In this document: piece after piece, positions 38,322 to 48,598 of the stretch
Position numbering within the stretch: position 1 is the first letter of the stretch
Layout: each line of letters opens with the position of its first letter
Source of the DNA: Promethearchaeota archaeon
GTDB lineage: Archaea; Asgardarchaeota; Lokiarchaeia; Sigyniarchaeales; SOKP01
Reading direction: 5' to 3'
DNA length: 64,000 nt
Assembly: GCA_019058245.1 (NCBI GenBank)
Contig: JAHPZJ010000006.1
Location: forward strand, 1 to 64,000
Translations under genes and position numbers: made by a program
Notes under the pieces: model-generated
The model's database searches: none
The model's input: only the letters and a program-made list of their open reading frames with translations
What the model was told of the DNA's origin: nothing

Positions 38322-40325
38322 ATGGCTTATTTCAAGAATGTTATTTTAGTTAAAGCAGAAGGAGATTTTTTTGACGCTAGCTTTTTTGAAGCGAACATTC
38401 CTATTTGTTATCTTAGTGCAGTCATAAAAGATCACGTGAATTCCATTACAATGCCTATGGATATGCGTATAGATCTTAGACCATTTGAAAAATATGAGAA
38501 TTATTTGATAAAAATGGAAAAAGAAAGTAGAAAATGCGATCTTGTTGGAATTTCAACTATGACAGCGTCATTTCCTAATGCTATAAAACTTGCTAGGATT
38601 GCAAAAAAACATGGTGCCTATGTTGTAGTAGGCGGTTATCACCCTTCTGCTCTTCCTGAAGCAATGTTTGATGTCCCAGAAATTGATGCTGTTATTCGGG
38701 GAGAAGGAGAAATGACTTTCAAGGAATTAGTCCTTAACGGTCCCTCAACTCTTGTTAAAGGTTTGAGCTTCAGAGATGAAAATGGGGTTATTTACCATAA
38801 TCCAGATCGCGAGAAAATAATTGATCTCGACATATTGCCCTTTCCAGATAGAGATTTACGCCCAAATAATCCTATCTTTAATAAACACGAGGTTGTAGTT
38901 ACATCACGTGGTTGTAATGGTGTTTGTACGTTTTGCGCAAATAATACTGTTCATGGTCAATGGCGAGGTCGTTCACCGGAAAATGTTGTCGCAGAATTGA
39001 AAATGTTATATGAAAAAAATCCAGACTTATCCACAGTCCATATATGGGACGCAAATTTTATGCAGGATGGTGAAAGAGTAGCCAATATCATTAATCTCAT
39101 CAAGAAGAATGACATTCACTTTAAATACTTCTGTGAAATGCGCGTAGATCATATAAATAAGTATCCGGATTTAATTGAAGGATTATCAGAAATAGGAATG
39201 GAATGGATCGCAATTGGAATAGAGAGCCCTAATCAAGAGCGATTAAAGAGATTAAAAAAAGGGATTACTGTTTCTGGTGTGGAAAAAGCTATAAAAATTT
39301 TGAAAGATAATAAAATCAAAATTGTTGGGTATTTAATGATAGGCGATTCTGAAGAGACAGTGGAACAAATAAAAGAATATCCTGTATATGCAACGAGAGT
39401 TGGCGTGGACAAGATCATGTTAGCCATACAGACACCACATCCAGGAAGCTTATTATACAAGGAGATGGAGAAAGAAGGATTAATAACTTCATATGAATGG
39501 GAAAAATACGATATAGGTCATTCAGTAGCAAAATTGAAATATCTGACGAACTATGAATGCGAGGTTCTCATGGATTGGTGCTGGGGAAAGTATTATAGCC
39601 CTGATTGGGCATTTTCACGTGATAAATCACTAAAAAAAGCGCTTTTTAGTTATTTAGCTTTTGTTTGGATTGGTTATACTGGCTTTTTCGTTCATGCAAG
39701 ACCTAAAGAAACCGTCGAAGAGAATTTGAAAGCCTATATCTCAGCAATGCGCGGTTATTATGATTTTAGAAAGTATGAATATACAGATGCAGACTATCTT
39801 GATGACCTAAGGGGATGTAATTTTCAATTAACTTTTAGTTTCAGTGATGGAGATGAAATTTCTCTAGTGGTTTCAATAGATAAAAACAGTAAGCTAGTAT
39901 TTGAACTATTTAATGGAAAGAGAAAAGATGTGTTTCTCGATTTTACTATTAAATCAAAAGATTTCATTGATATTATTAGATGTTTACCCCTACAAATTAC
40001 CTCGCTCGTGCATTGGGCGGGTTTCAACTTTAACAACTTGAAAGCAAATATTCAAGTTTTCAAAACCTTCTCATCCATGTTTATTAAAGCAGTTAGGTTG
40101 AATACGATAAATTATAAAAGAGCATTAAAATATTTGGTTGTAGGAACAAAATTTTTCCCTAAGAATTTTTATAAACTAATTAGAGAAGAAATCTCAATTT
40201 TCAACAATAAAAAGAAAATTGGAGCACATAATGGCAGTCTGAGGAAGAATTTGGCATGTTCGGTAAAAAATATTTTATATAAAGTAATAATGTTTCCTTT
40301 CACGGTTCTCGTTCCTGTCGAATAA
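38322..40325 (+). CDS. Cobalamin-dependent (class B-type) radical SAM protein with long C-terminal extension
   Basis: B12 domain 'VVGGYHPS', 'RGEGE'; 'TSRGCNGVCTFC' CxxxCxxC motif; 'IGIES', 'TPHPGS'. Confidence 0.9.
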   Translation: MAYFKNVILVKAEGDFFDASFFEANIPICYLSAVIKDHVNSITMPMDMRIDLRPFEKYENYLIKMEKESRKCDLVGISTMTASFPNAIKLARIAKKHGAYVVVGGYHPSALPEAMFDVPEIDAVIRGEGEMTFKELVLNGPSTLVKGLSFRDENGVIYHNPDREKIIDLDILPFPDRDLRPNNPIFNKHEVVVTSRGCNGVCTFCANNTVHGQWRGRSPENVVAELKMLYEKNPDLSTVHIWDANFMQDGERVANIINLIKKNDIHFKYFCEMRVDHINKYPDLIEGLSEIGMEWIAIGIESPNQERLKRLKKGITVSGVEKAIKILKDNKIKIVGYLMIGDSEETVEQIKEYPVYATRVGVDKIMLAIQTPHPGSLLYKEMEKEGLITSYEWEKYDIGHSVAKLKYLTNYECEVLMDWCWGKYYSPDWAFSRDKSLKKALFSYLAFVWIGYTGFFVHARPKETVEENLKAYISAMRGYYDFRKYEYTDADYLDDLRGCNFQLTFSFSDGDEISLVVSIDKNSKLVFELFNGKRKDVFLDFTIKSKDFIDIIRCLPLQITSLVHWAGFNFNNLKANIQVFKTFSSMFIKAVRLNTINYKRALKYLVVGTKFFPKNFYKLIREEISIFNNKKKIGAHNGSLRKNLACSVKNILYKVIMFPFTVLVPVE

Positions 40326-40529
40326 AATCTGATCAATTTTCACTTATGATATGTTTTTTATAAGCAATTATACAATTATTCTGTAATACACAATCAGTTA
40401 GATCTCTGATAATTAGGATAAATTTCTCTTGAGAATGATTAAAAGGGAATAATTATTTGACTTTTCTACTCTCATTGTTAATTAAAACATTATATATTCT
40501 TAAATAAATCTATATATTTTACATAAAAT

Positions 40530-41690
40530 TTATTTTATATAATTTGAATCATGTTCTTTTAAGGCATCTGTTAGAACTAAGCATATTTTCTTTAAAAGGT
40601 TGGTATCGATTTTTTCAATAGTATCATTAGTAGTATGCATATACTCATGTGGTTCAACACCCCCAATTCCATATCCTTGAAAACCCTTATCCCCTAAAAA
40701 ACCACCATCGGAATGAGTCCCGAAAACTCTTTTCGTAATATAATGATGGATCTTAAGATTTCTTTTATTGTTTAGAATTAAGCGATCAATGTTTTTTGCA
40801 TGATCACCTTCTTTTCCTCCAGGAAAAATAAATGCTCGTTTTGCGATTGATTCAAAATTGAAAATTATCGATTTTTCAGGGACAAAATTTTCCAGTTTAT
40901 TATAAAAATGCCTAATCCCCATTGTTCCGCATTCTTCAGCACCAGTAAAAAGAAACCAAAGATTAAGATTTTCTAATCTGTTTTCTGGATTAGCATAGTG
41001 ATTAACAAGTTCTAAATTACAGGTTATACCTGAAGCGTTGTCAATAGCACCATCAGAACTATTATCTGTAATATTAAGAGCCATCAATGAAGTAGCTAAG
41101 ATATTTAATATCAAAGGTAATAACCCAATTATATAAAAAATTACTTCAAATTCTCTTAACACATAATTCTTAAGGATTATAAAAATAGATGAAAAAATTG
41201 ATGAGAAGATCCAAAGCTTAATTATTCTTATGCGTGTTTTAACTTTGAATCTTTGACCCTTGGAATCCAAATGACTCATAAACAAGGCAATTCTATCATT
41301 ATTCTTAATATTACCTGATAAAGATTTAATCTTTACAAGAAGGTTCTGTGAACGTAATTTGGAAAAAAAATGAATATTTTCCGGATTTCTGGTTAATATT
41401 ATAGATGCAATCAATATACTTAGTAATATTAATATTAAAATTAAGGATATAATTATCAAAATTTTCAAGTAAAGCAGAAAAAGAATTAAAGTAACGGATA
41501 AAAATGCTATTTTAGGATATATCCTCGAATAAAACGAACTGAATGTGAACTTTTGAATTTCATATTCAAGATTTAAATCCTCTACTTCCTTTTTTAGCAT
41601 GTTAAAAGCTTTAAGTTCAAATTCCGTTCCTGATAATCGAGGAAAAGCAAATTTTTTAAGATTCTCTTTAATTCGGGATTCTTTAATCAT
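40530..41690 (-). CDS. M28 family metallopeptidase with TM inserts
   Basis: 'FPRLSGT', 'SHLDS', 'GAIDNASG', 'GAEECG', 'NFES', 'SD', 'HT..D'. Confidence 0.88.
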   Translation of the reverse strand: MIKESRIKENLKKFAFPRLSGTEFELKAFNMLKKEVEDLNLEYEIQKFTFSSFYSRIYPKIAFLSVTLILFLLYLKILIIISLILILILLSILIASIILTRNPENIHFFSKLRSQNLLVKIKSLSGNIKNNDRIALFMSHLDSKGQRFKVKTRIRIIKLWIFSSIFSSIFIILKNYVLREFEVIFYIIGLLPLILNILATSLMALNITDNSSDGAIDNASGITCNLELVNHYANPENRLENLNLWFLFTGAEECGTMGIRHFYNKLENFVPEKSIIFNFESIAKRAFIFPGGKEGDHAKNIDRLILNNKRNLKIHHYITKRVFGTHSDGGFLGDKGFQGYGIGGVEPHEYMHTTNDTIEKIDTNLLKKICLVLTDALKEHDSNYIK

Positions 41691-41933
41691 ACGCCTAATA
41701 GAATTTAAGATGTTTTTGAATCACGTAAAAATATCAAGGTATCTTTTAAATGATTCACAGATGAGAAAAGAAATTTTGTAAAATAATAATACTTTTAGGT
41801 TATATCTAAATTCTTTTTTTCTGAGTATTTTCTAAAGCTGATTCAAAAAAAATATCTATAAAAGTCTTAAGAGTGAAAAAAATAGGTGGGAGAGTGTATT
41901 AAAATTTCATACTTACTTCTAAATTCCTTAAAA

Positions 41934-43280
41934 TTATTCTTTCTTATTCCTCAATTCTTGAGATTGCATAACAGTTCTCCCAAGCATTTCTTTATCGGGG
42001 TTACCACCCATTTTTCTAGCTGTTGCTATATAAATACCAACGGCCATTGTTGATTTTTCCAACTTTGCTCGGGTGATAAAAACTTTCGAAGCAATTTCAC
42101 TGATATGTTCATCATTGGGTGCATCCAACCAAGCCCATTCAGCTAAATGACATGCTAATCTTAATTTGCCCTCTTTCATTAGTTCTAACGCCCTTTCAGC
42201 TAATTTTTTCGCCCCTCCTGCAAGATTTACAATCTCTTTTGCCTGATCGATTTCAGGAGCAGGTTTTAGATGAGAAGGAGTACCATCATACCAACCTCCA
42301 AATAATCTCCATATATTTCTCACGATGAATTCAGGTTCGTCATAGACAGGCTGAAGATAAGGTTTTTTAAGTAAATCTTCAGGAAGTTTTACTGTATGAA
42401 TAATACTATCTAATGATGCCCCCTTATTCATGAGGGATATTGTTTGATCATGAAGTGATTCCAACAACAACGCAGTGTTATCTAAAGCTTCATAAATTCT
42501 TTCTTGTCCAATTATAGGAACTCCATGCCCGGGGCATAATATCTCAGGATTATTTTCTTTCATTTTATTTAATGCTAAAGCCCATTCATGAGCATAACGT
42601 TGAACTTTTTGAGGATTACCGGCATTTGGTATTGCCCAAATGAATAGATCTCCTGTGCATAATATCTTTGAATCGGGAAAATAAACCCATGTATGATCAT
42701 CAGTTTCTCCTCTTGAGTGCTTTAATTGGACTTCCACACCCCCAATTTGAATTGTTAATTCTTTATTATAACTAACATTTGGGTGAAAAAAATCTATACT
42801 ATATGTAGGATCAGTACCTCTAGAATTGATACCGCCAAATTGTCTTGCATTAATAAACCCATTCCATGAAGCAGTTGACTTATATCGGTCAAAACGATGA
42901 CTAACCGCTTCATGACCAATAACTTGAGGTTTCGACCAATTATTCTTTTCACATTCATCGATGTAAGGTTTAATTCCTACATGATCAGTATGCCCATGTG
43001 TATATATTACGGTATTTACTTGTAGCGATGTCACTTCTCGTACAGCTTTAAATTTGGTGTGAACATCAAAAATCGCACCAGGATCAACAATCACTAATCC
43101 TTCACTGGTCTCTCTTATAATTGAATTAGAAAAACCTCGATAAAACCATGTTCGCTGTGAATTATATTCATTTATGAGTTCAAGACCACGAGGTACTCCA
43201 AAGGGATGATTGGAATATGTATTTTTTCTCCCAACCCATAGATCTTCAGCAAAATCTAAAATTTTACCCATTTCTATCAA
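41934..43280 (-). CDS. Alkyl-sulfatase-like MBL hydrolase with dimerisation domain
   Basis: 'YTHGHTDH', 'GETDDH', 'GDL....PNAGNP', 'PGHG', 'GWYDG.P..L.PA'. Confidence 0.88.
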   Translation of the reverse strand: MIEMGKILDFAEDLWVGRKNTYSNHPFGVPRGLELINEYNSQRTWFYRGFSNSIIRETSEGLVIVDPGAIFDVHTKFKAVREVTSLQVNTVIYTHGHTDHVGIKPYIDECEKNNWSKPQVIGHEAVSHRFDRYKSTASWNGFINARQFGGINSRGTDPTYSIDFFHPNVSYNKELTIQIGGVEVQLKHSRGETDDHTWVYFPDSKILCTGDLFIWAIPNAGNPQKVQRYAHEWALALNKMKENNPEILCPGHGVPIIGQERIYEALDNTALLLESLHDQTISLMNKGASLDSIIHTVKLPEDLLKKPYLQPVYDEPEFIVRNIWRLFGGWYDGTPSHLKPAPEIDQAKEIVNLAGGAKKLAERALELMKEGKLRLACHLAEWAWLDAPNDEHISEIASKVFITRAKLEKSTMAVGIYIATARKMGGNPDKEMLGRTVMQSQELRNKKE

Positions 43281-43549
43281 CTTAATTATATTATCAAGCT
43301 TTTTTTTTTAATTTTAAATATTTTAAGACAGAGATAATAAGACTTTTTAATAAAAACATGGATTTAATATATATTTGATTTATATAACAGCTGCAGTTTC
43401 ATTGAACAAAATAAAAATGCTATTTTCGGATGTATTCTCGAGTATAATAAATTATAGATAAATTAATTAATCACATTTAATGAAAAGGAGTATAAAATTT
43501 ATGGTATTCTGTTTTTTTAAGATAATATTTTAATACTTATTTTCCTTAT

Positions 43550-44068
43550 ATGAAAGTTGAGGGCCAGAAAATGGAAAAATTACGTCAAGTAGGAATAGTT
43601 GGGTTTGTATGTAGTTCATTGTTAATATATGGATTTTTTTATTTATTAAATTTTATTTATGAGTACGAGACAATTTTAAGTAGAGTTGGAGTAACATATC
43701 AAAATATTGGTTCAGATCTTTCAACATTTTTCATTTTAAACGCTATTTTACAACTGATCTTTGGAATTCTTACATTAATTTCTTCACTTCTTGTGTTTAA
43801 AGAAAATAAAATAGGTGTTTACATATTGATTTTAATTGGTATTATTACTTCAATTTTTATGTTTATAATTATCCGACCACGTCAAGAATATATAGTATCA
43901 GCAGGTACAACAATTATTATTCCAGCTATTCGATTATTTTCTAATCATACCATTGATATTATTCCTTTTATTATTCTAATTGCTGGATTATACCCATTTA
44001 TACTCAAAATTGATAAAAAGTTATTTATCAAACCAGAAAAAAAATTAGTTATTGATAAGACTTCCTAA
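43550..44068 (+). CDS. Hypothetical membrane protein
   Basis: 4 hydrophobic segments. Confidence 0.65.
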   Translation: MKVEGQKMEKLRQVGIVGFVCSSLLIYGFFYLLNFIYEYETILSRVGVTYQNIGSDLSTFFILNAILQLIFGILTLISSLLVFKENKIGVYILILIGIITSIFMFIIIRPRQEYIVSAGTTIIIPAIRLFSNHTIDIIPFIILIAGLYPFILKIDKKLFIKPEKKLVIDKTS

Positions 44069-44202
44069 TAAGACATATGATCTATTGTTTTTAATGAATT
44101 TATATGAAAGTTAGAAGAAAATTGACAATTTTCCAGCTATTAACTACTATGTCATTTATTTCAGCAAAATAAGATTTTAAATAGATATATAGATTGTTTT
44201 AA

Positions 44203-45255
44203 TCATATATTTTCTAAAAGCACTTGGTTAACTTTTATCATATTATAAGCGTTTTTTAAACATTCCTCAGCATCATCTACAATTGTATTAATAATATTTG
44301 AGACACTTTCAACATTATTTACAAGTCCGCAGCTTTGTCCTAAGAGTACGATTCCATCGTCAACATTTCCCCTATATGCTTTTTCTAGCTTTTTCACTCC
44401 TTGTACAATAACATCCATTGATGTCTCTTCGGCACGTTTTTCAGCTTTATTTACAACTGTTGTATGATTATCAGCATATTTATTTCTCCATACTCTGGCA
44501 GGACCAAAAACTCCTGTTACTAATTTAGTATCAGCTATAGTAGAACTTTTAACTAAATTCTTATAATTGTCATGAAATTCACACTCGTTTGAAGCTATCA
44601 GCCTAGTTCCCATTGAAATTGCTCCAGCACCCATAGCTAAAGCGGATGCTAGACCTTCACCTGTGGCATAGCCTCCACTAGCAATTACAGGTACTTCTGG
44701 CAATTCTTTTCTAATTTGTTGCAATAATATTAACGTACTTGTATTATCATATGATTTATGTCCTCCACCTTCATGCCCAGTGGCTACAATGCCATCAACA
44801 CCATCTTTTACTACTTTTTTGGCTAGATCTAAAGATGGAATAACATGAAAATGTTTTAGATTTGTACTATTTTTCAACGTTTCATAGTATTTGTTAAATA
44901 ACATTTTTGGTGAACCTGCGCTGGTAATGATATAATTACATTGTTCCTTTATTCTTGGATTATTCAATATAAACCTTGGAACTTGTCTACATAACTTTAT
45001 TGCATCAGGTTGTAGTGATGCTGTTCTTATATTTAATCCAAATGGTTTATCCGTATGTTCGACTACATACTTCATACTTTCTATCACTTCAGTTGTAGAG
45101 ACTGTGTTATCCAAATTAATGTGACTTAATACACCCAAACCACCAGCTTCTGAAACTGCAACAGTTAGTTTTGTAGTATAAAAAGGCCCCATAGGCGCTG
45201 CGACAATAGGATGCTTAATATCAAGCATCTCAGTTATTTCAGTTGTTAATACCAT
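44203..45255 (-). CDS. Nitronate monooxygenase/FabK-like FMN oxidoreductase
   Basis: 'HPIV.APM', 'AVSEAGGLG', 'G.EGGGH', 'VIASGG', 'MGTR'. Confidence 0.9.
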   Translation of the reverse strand: MVLTTEITEMLDIKHPIVAAPMGPFYTTKLTVAVSEAGGLGVLSHINLDNTVSTTEVIESMKYVVEHTDKPFGLNIRTASLQPDAIKLCRQVPRFILNNPRIKEQCNYIITSAGSPKMLFNKYYETLKNSTNLKHFHVIPSLDLAKKVVKDGVDGIVATGHEGGGHKSYDNTSTLILLQQIRKELPEVPVIASGGYATGEGLASALAMGAGAISMGTRLIASNECEFHDNYKNLVKSSTIADTKLVTGVFGPARVWRNKYADNHTTVVNKAEKRAEETSMDVIVQGVKKLEKAYRGNVDDGIVLLGQSCGLVNNVESVSNIINTIVDDAEECLKNAYNMIKVNQVLLENI

Positions 45256-45302
45256 TTTTTTTTAACCTTTGATTATTAATTAATAAATTTCTTGTTTCAA
45301 AA

Positions 45303-45352
45303 TCAATGAATTTCTATTCAATGAACCTCTATTCAATTCAATAAAGCTCTAT
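45303..45352. repeat. Three imperfect 15-bp direct repeats TCAAT(G/A)AAnnTCTAT upstream of the NMO/FabK gene
   Basis: tcaatgaatttctat (45303), tcaatgaacctctat (45318), tcaataaagctctat (45338). Confidence 0.8.
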
Positions 45353-45684
45353 TTAAATAGTTATTAAGTTAAATTATTTCTATTATTTATAAGTTTAACC
45401 ATCACAAAAATAATTAACCTAAATGTCTTTATTAAAAAAAGTGTGAAATTTTAATAAATATTAAAAGATTAGAATAAAAGATTAACATTTCTAATTAATT
45501 AGTGAAAAGTATATAATATATTTGGAAGATAATTTAAGTATAAATTCTTGATGAGAAAAATAATTAACTTGTTTATGTTATAATTGCATCTCTTTAGGAA
45601 TATTTCAATAAATTAATATAATTTCCTATTGGAAATTCATTGTATTGAATTATTGATTTCTTGTGTAGTATTAAAATGTGAGAT

Positions 45685-46011
45685 TTATTTAATACTCTTA
45701 TGCTTTATTTCACATCTAATATTCCATCGTTTTTGTAGCTGGATATTTATTATATTATTAAGAACAACTATAAAGCAAAATATATTCAATCCTACTAAGA
45801 ACCAAATCAATATAATATTTCCAAAAAGTAAAAGAAAACAAAGAAAAAATGATAATGTTATTTTAAGAATTATTAATTTTATAGGAATACCCTTATTAAA
45901 CGACTTTCTTAATAATGGATTAACCTCCTCACAACCTAATTTAATTCCTATATTAGTTGTTAAAATATCTAAAATTTGAAGTATTATCAGAAGTATTCCT
46001 AAAATTATCAT
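45685..46011 (-). CDS. Small membrane protein (DUF5658-like)
   Basis: 'LQILDILTT.IG...G..E.NPL.......LK.....VV.NN'. Confidence 0.7.
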   Translation of the reverse strand: MIILGILLIILQILDILTTNIGIKLGCEEVNPLLRKSFNKGIPIKLIILKITLSFFLCFLLLFGNIILIWFLVGLNIFCFIVVLNNIINIQLQKRWNIRCEIKHKSIK

Positions 46012-46290
46012 ATTGTTTAATCCCCTAAATCCTTGTCAATTGGGAAGGACCTTAACGTATTAATTAAAAAAGAATTTGAATTTAAAATAATAATGTTTTT
46101 TTCGATTATGTTGCGAAAGTACAAACTTAACTTAAAAACAAAATTATATATTTCAATAAGAAATATTATTTGGATGAACAGACTCACTTTAAGCCGTATT
46201 TTGAAGAATTACTTTTTTGGATTTTATTGAAGTCTTTCAGATTTAAGTTATATTTCAGCATTAACTCAAATATATTTGTAGAGTTTTTAG

Positions 46291-47244
46291 TTAAATAAGA
46301 ATTAATATAACACCAGAAACCGTGGTAATCACTCCGAAGAATTCGTTCTTGGAAATTTTTTCTTTATTTATTAGAAATGAAAAGGGAATAGTAAACAACG
46401 GTAAAGCTGTAGAAATTAGAGACATGAATGAAGCACCAGCAATATGAACAGCCTCACCAAACAAGATGCTTCCGATTGAATAACTAAGTATGGCAGAAAT
46501 AATAAGTATTTTCCAAGTATTTTGAGATTTTGGAATTGGTTGTGATCTTCCCTCAATTATCGCCATCATACCTAAAACAGAAGCAGCGAATAGGAATCTT
46601 ATCATCATGGCAACAATAGTACTTAATATTCCTAAATTCAATACTATATTTACTTGGTAAATAGAAAAATCTGATAAAGCCATACCAATAGCCCAAGAAA
46701 TAGCTGCTACAGTAGCCCATATTATGCCATTGAGAGTATTTACAGAGATCTTTTCTTCAAATTTATTATCTGAATTTTGAACATTAATAGATTGCATAGG
46801 ATCATTGTCTTTTTTTTTGGTTTTTTCTTTAGTAATAATTATTACTCCGATTCCAATTAAAATTCCTGAAAAAATCATTAAGATTGAGAAAGGACGATCT
46901 AGAAACAGAGTGGCAAAAATTATTGTAAAAAATGGAGAAGTAGTAGTAATAGCAAGAGCTTTAGCTGGTCCTAATGTCTTCTGTGATTGAAGATATGCTG
47001 TATCTCCTATTATGACAGTACATAAAACACTCATCATCAACATTAGAATGAGAAATGATGAAAGTGAAAATATCATTAATATAACACCAAATGACAAACA
47101 AATAATAAAAAATGTTAGAAGACCAACTGCTGCTCTTATTGCATTTTGAAAGATTGGTGTAGCTTCATTTTGTATCTTCCTAGCTAAGACAAGTGAAAGA
47201 GCAAAACAAACATTTGTAAGAATTGCTGTAATTTCTCCATACAT
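46291..47244 (-). CDS. DMT/EamA family transporter
   Basis: 10 TMs in two repeats; 'P.FT...A.LFL', 'KEKI'. Confidence 0.9.
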   Translation of the reverse strand: MYGEITAILTNVCFALSLVLARKIQNEATPIFQNAIRAAVGLLTFFIICLSFGVILMIFSLSSFLILMLMMSVLCTVIIGDTAYLQSQKTLGPAKALAITTTSPFFTIIFATLFLDRPFSILMIFSGILIGIGVIIITKEKTKKKDNDPMQSINVQNSDNKFEEKISVNTLNGIIWATVAAISWAIGMALSDFSIYQVNIVLNLGILSTIVAMMIRFLFAASVLGMMAIIEGRSQPIPKSQNTWKILIISAILSYSIGSILFGEAVHIAGASFMSLISTALPLFTIPFSFLINKEKISKNEFFGVITTVSGVILILI

Positions 47245-47408
47245 AAATCTATTTATTTTGATAATTAAAATTAAAATCTTTTAATCTCAAGATTTGGGGC
47301 TTTAATATAATTAATCTAAAAATATTACTAAACATATTAATCTTCATCTATCCAAATTAATACCATTAAAAAATAGGTTTTTATAAACTTACTTTTAGAT
47401 TTATATTC

Positions 47409-48002
47409 ATGATTGTAGATCATTGTGACAAAACGATCAGTATAAAAATAGTATACTTTGGACCTGCTTTCTCTGGAAAAACTACTTCGATTAAAGCCTT
47501 ATTCTCACATTTTGGTAAAGGTGAAGCGCTCCATAGTATTGAAAGTACAGTAAATCGAACTTTATTTTTTGATTATGGTACAGTTACATTTCAAAATCAG
47601 GATTGGAGACTAAAACTCCATATTTATACCACCACAGGTCAAGATTTCTATTTTGTTACGAGAGCAGTTACTTTACGAGCCGTTGATGGGATTATTTTTG
47701 TATTGGATTCTCAAAAAGATGTTTATGAACGAAATTTAGCATCATGGAAGGAACTTCTCTCTTATTTTCGTGAAACCCTTAAAGATATCCCAATTATCAT
47801 CGCTTTTAATAAGCAAGATTTACCTGAGAAATTTAGTTCTACTGAATTCTTGAAGGAAATAAAATATAATGAGTATAAAAACATCGATCGCCAATATACC
47901 ATAGCAATTAGCGGAGAAGGTGTTCTAGGTTGTTTTGAAGATCTTTTAAGGTTAGTTTTGAGGAAGTATTACAAACATAAATTAGTTTCAGTTGTAAATT
48001 GA
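47409..48002 (+). CDS. Small GTPase, MglA/Arf-like
   Basis: 'KIVYFGPAFSGKTT', 'RTLFFD', 'TTGQ', 'DGIIFVLDS', NKQD. Confidence 0.92.
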   Translation: MIVDHCDKTISIKIVYFGPAFSGKTTSIKALFSHFGKGEALHSIESTVNRTLFFDYGTVTFQNQDWRLKLHIYTTTGQDFYFVTRAVTLRAVDGIIFVLDSQKDVYERNLASWKELLSYFRETLKDIPIIIAFNKQDLPEKFSSTEFLKEIKYNEYKNIDRQYTIAISGEGVLGCFEDLLRLVLRKYYKHKLVSVVN

Positions 48003-48035
48003 GAAATGAATATTTTATTGAGTAAACTCTTTAGA

Positions 48036-48506
48036 TTAAAAAACTTGCCCTTCAGATTGATTGATTGTTTTTATAGGTCTTAAGACAACACAAACTCTTT
48101 CAACACTTCTTACATCTGCTCTACCGCGAAAAGACTCTATTAGTGCATCTAATTCAACAATTTCTGGCACATTAACTTTTACTAGAACCCCACATTCCCC
48201 AGCGAGGAAATATACTTCTTCACATTGAGGAAGGATCTGGGCTTCCCTTAATAGTTCTTTGGTTTCCGCAAGGCTTTTTGGAATTAGAGTAATGAATGCA
48301 ATAATACATCTTTCATCTTCTCGACAGACCTTTATAGTAAATTTTTCAATCACGCCTTCTTCTTGAAGCTTGATAACCCGTTTTCTAACCGTCGATTCAG
48401 ACAAATTTACCTTAGAATCTCCTGCTATTTCATGATATGGCCTTCTAGAATCCTCAAGAAGCATTTCAAGAATTCTTTTATCCTTATCATCTAGATTCTT
48501 CATCAA
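48036..48506 (-). CDS. Lrp/AsnC family regulator
   Basis: 'LDDKD..IL..L..DSR.....IA......LSESTV.KRV.KL...GVI..F'; RAM domain. Confidence 0.93.
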   Translation of the reverse strand: MMKNLDDKDKRILEMLLEDSRRPYHEIAGDSKVNLSESTVRKRVIKLQEEGVIEKFTIKVCREDERCIIAFITLIPKSLAETKELLREAQILPQCEEVYFLAGECGVLVKVNVPEIVELDALIESFRGRADVRSVERVCVVLRPIKTINQSEGQVF

Positions 48507-48598
48507 CTATTATCTCTCCTCTTATTTATAAAAAATATAAAAAATTTTTACTTAAAAATTTCAAAATAATATTTATCATTAATTAAATTCACAAATTC

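Noticed and set aside
45303-45352. Mini-CRISPR array
   Set aside because: Repeats are 15 bp, essentially contiguous, with no spacers and no cas genes
45629-46230. Plus-strand ORFs 45629-45979 and 46033-46230
   Set aside because: The first is antisense to the DUF5658-like gene; the second is low-complexity AT-rich sequence with a TTG start and no support
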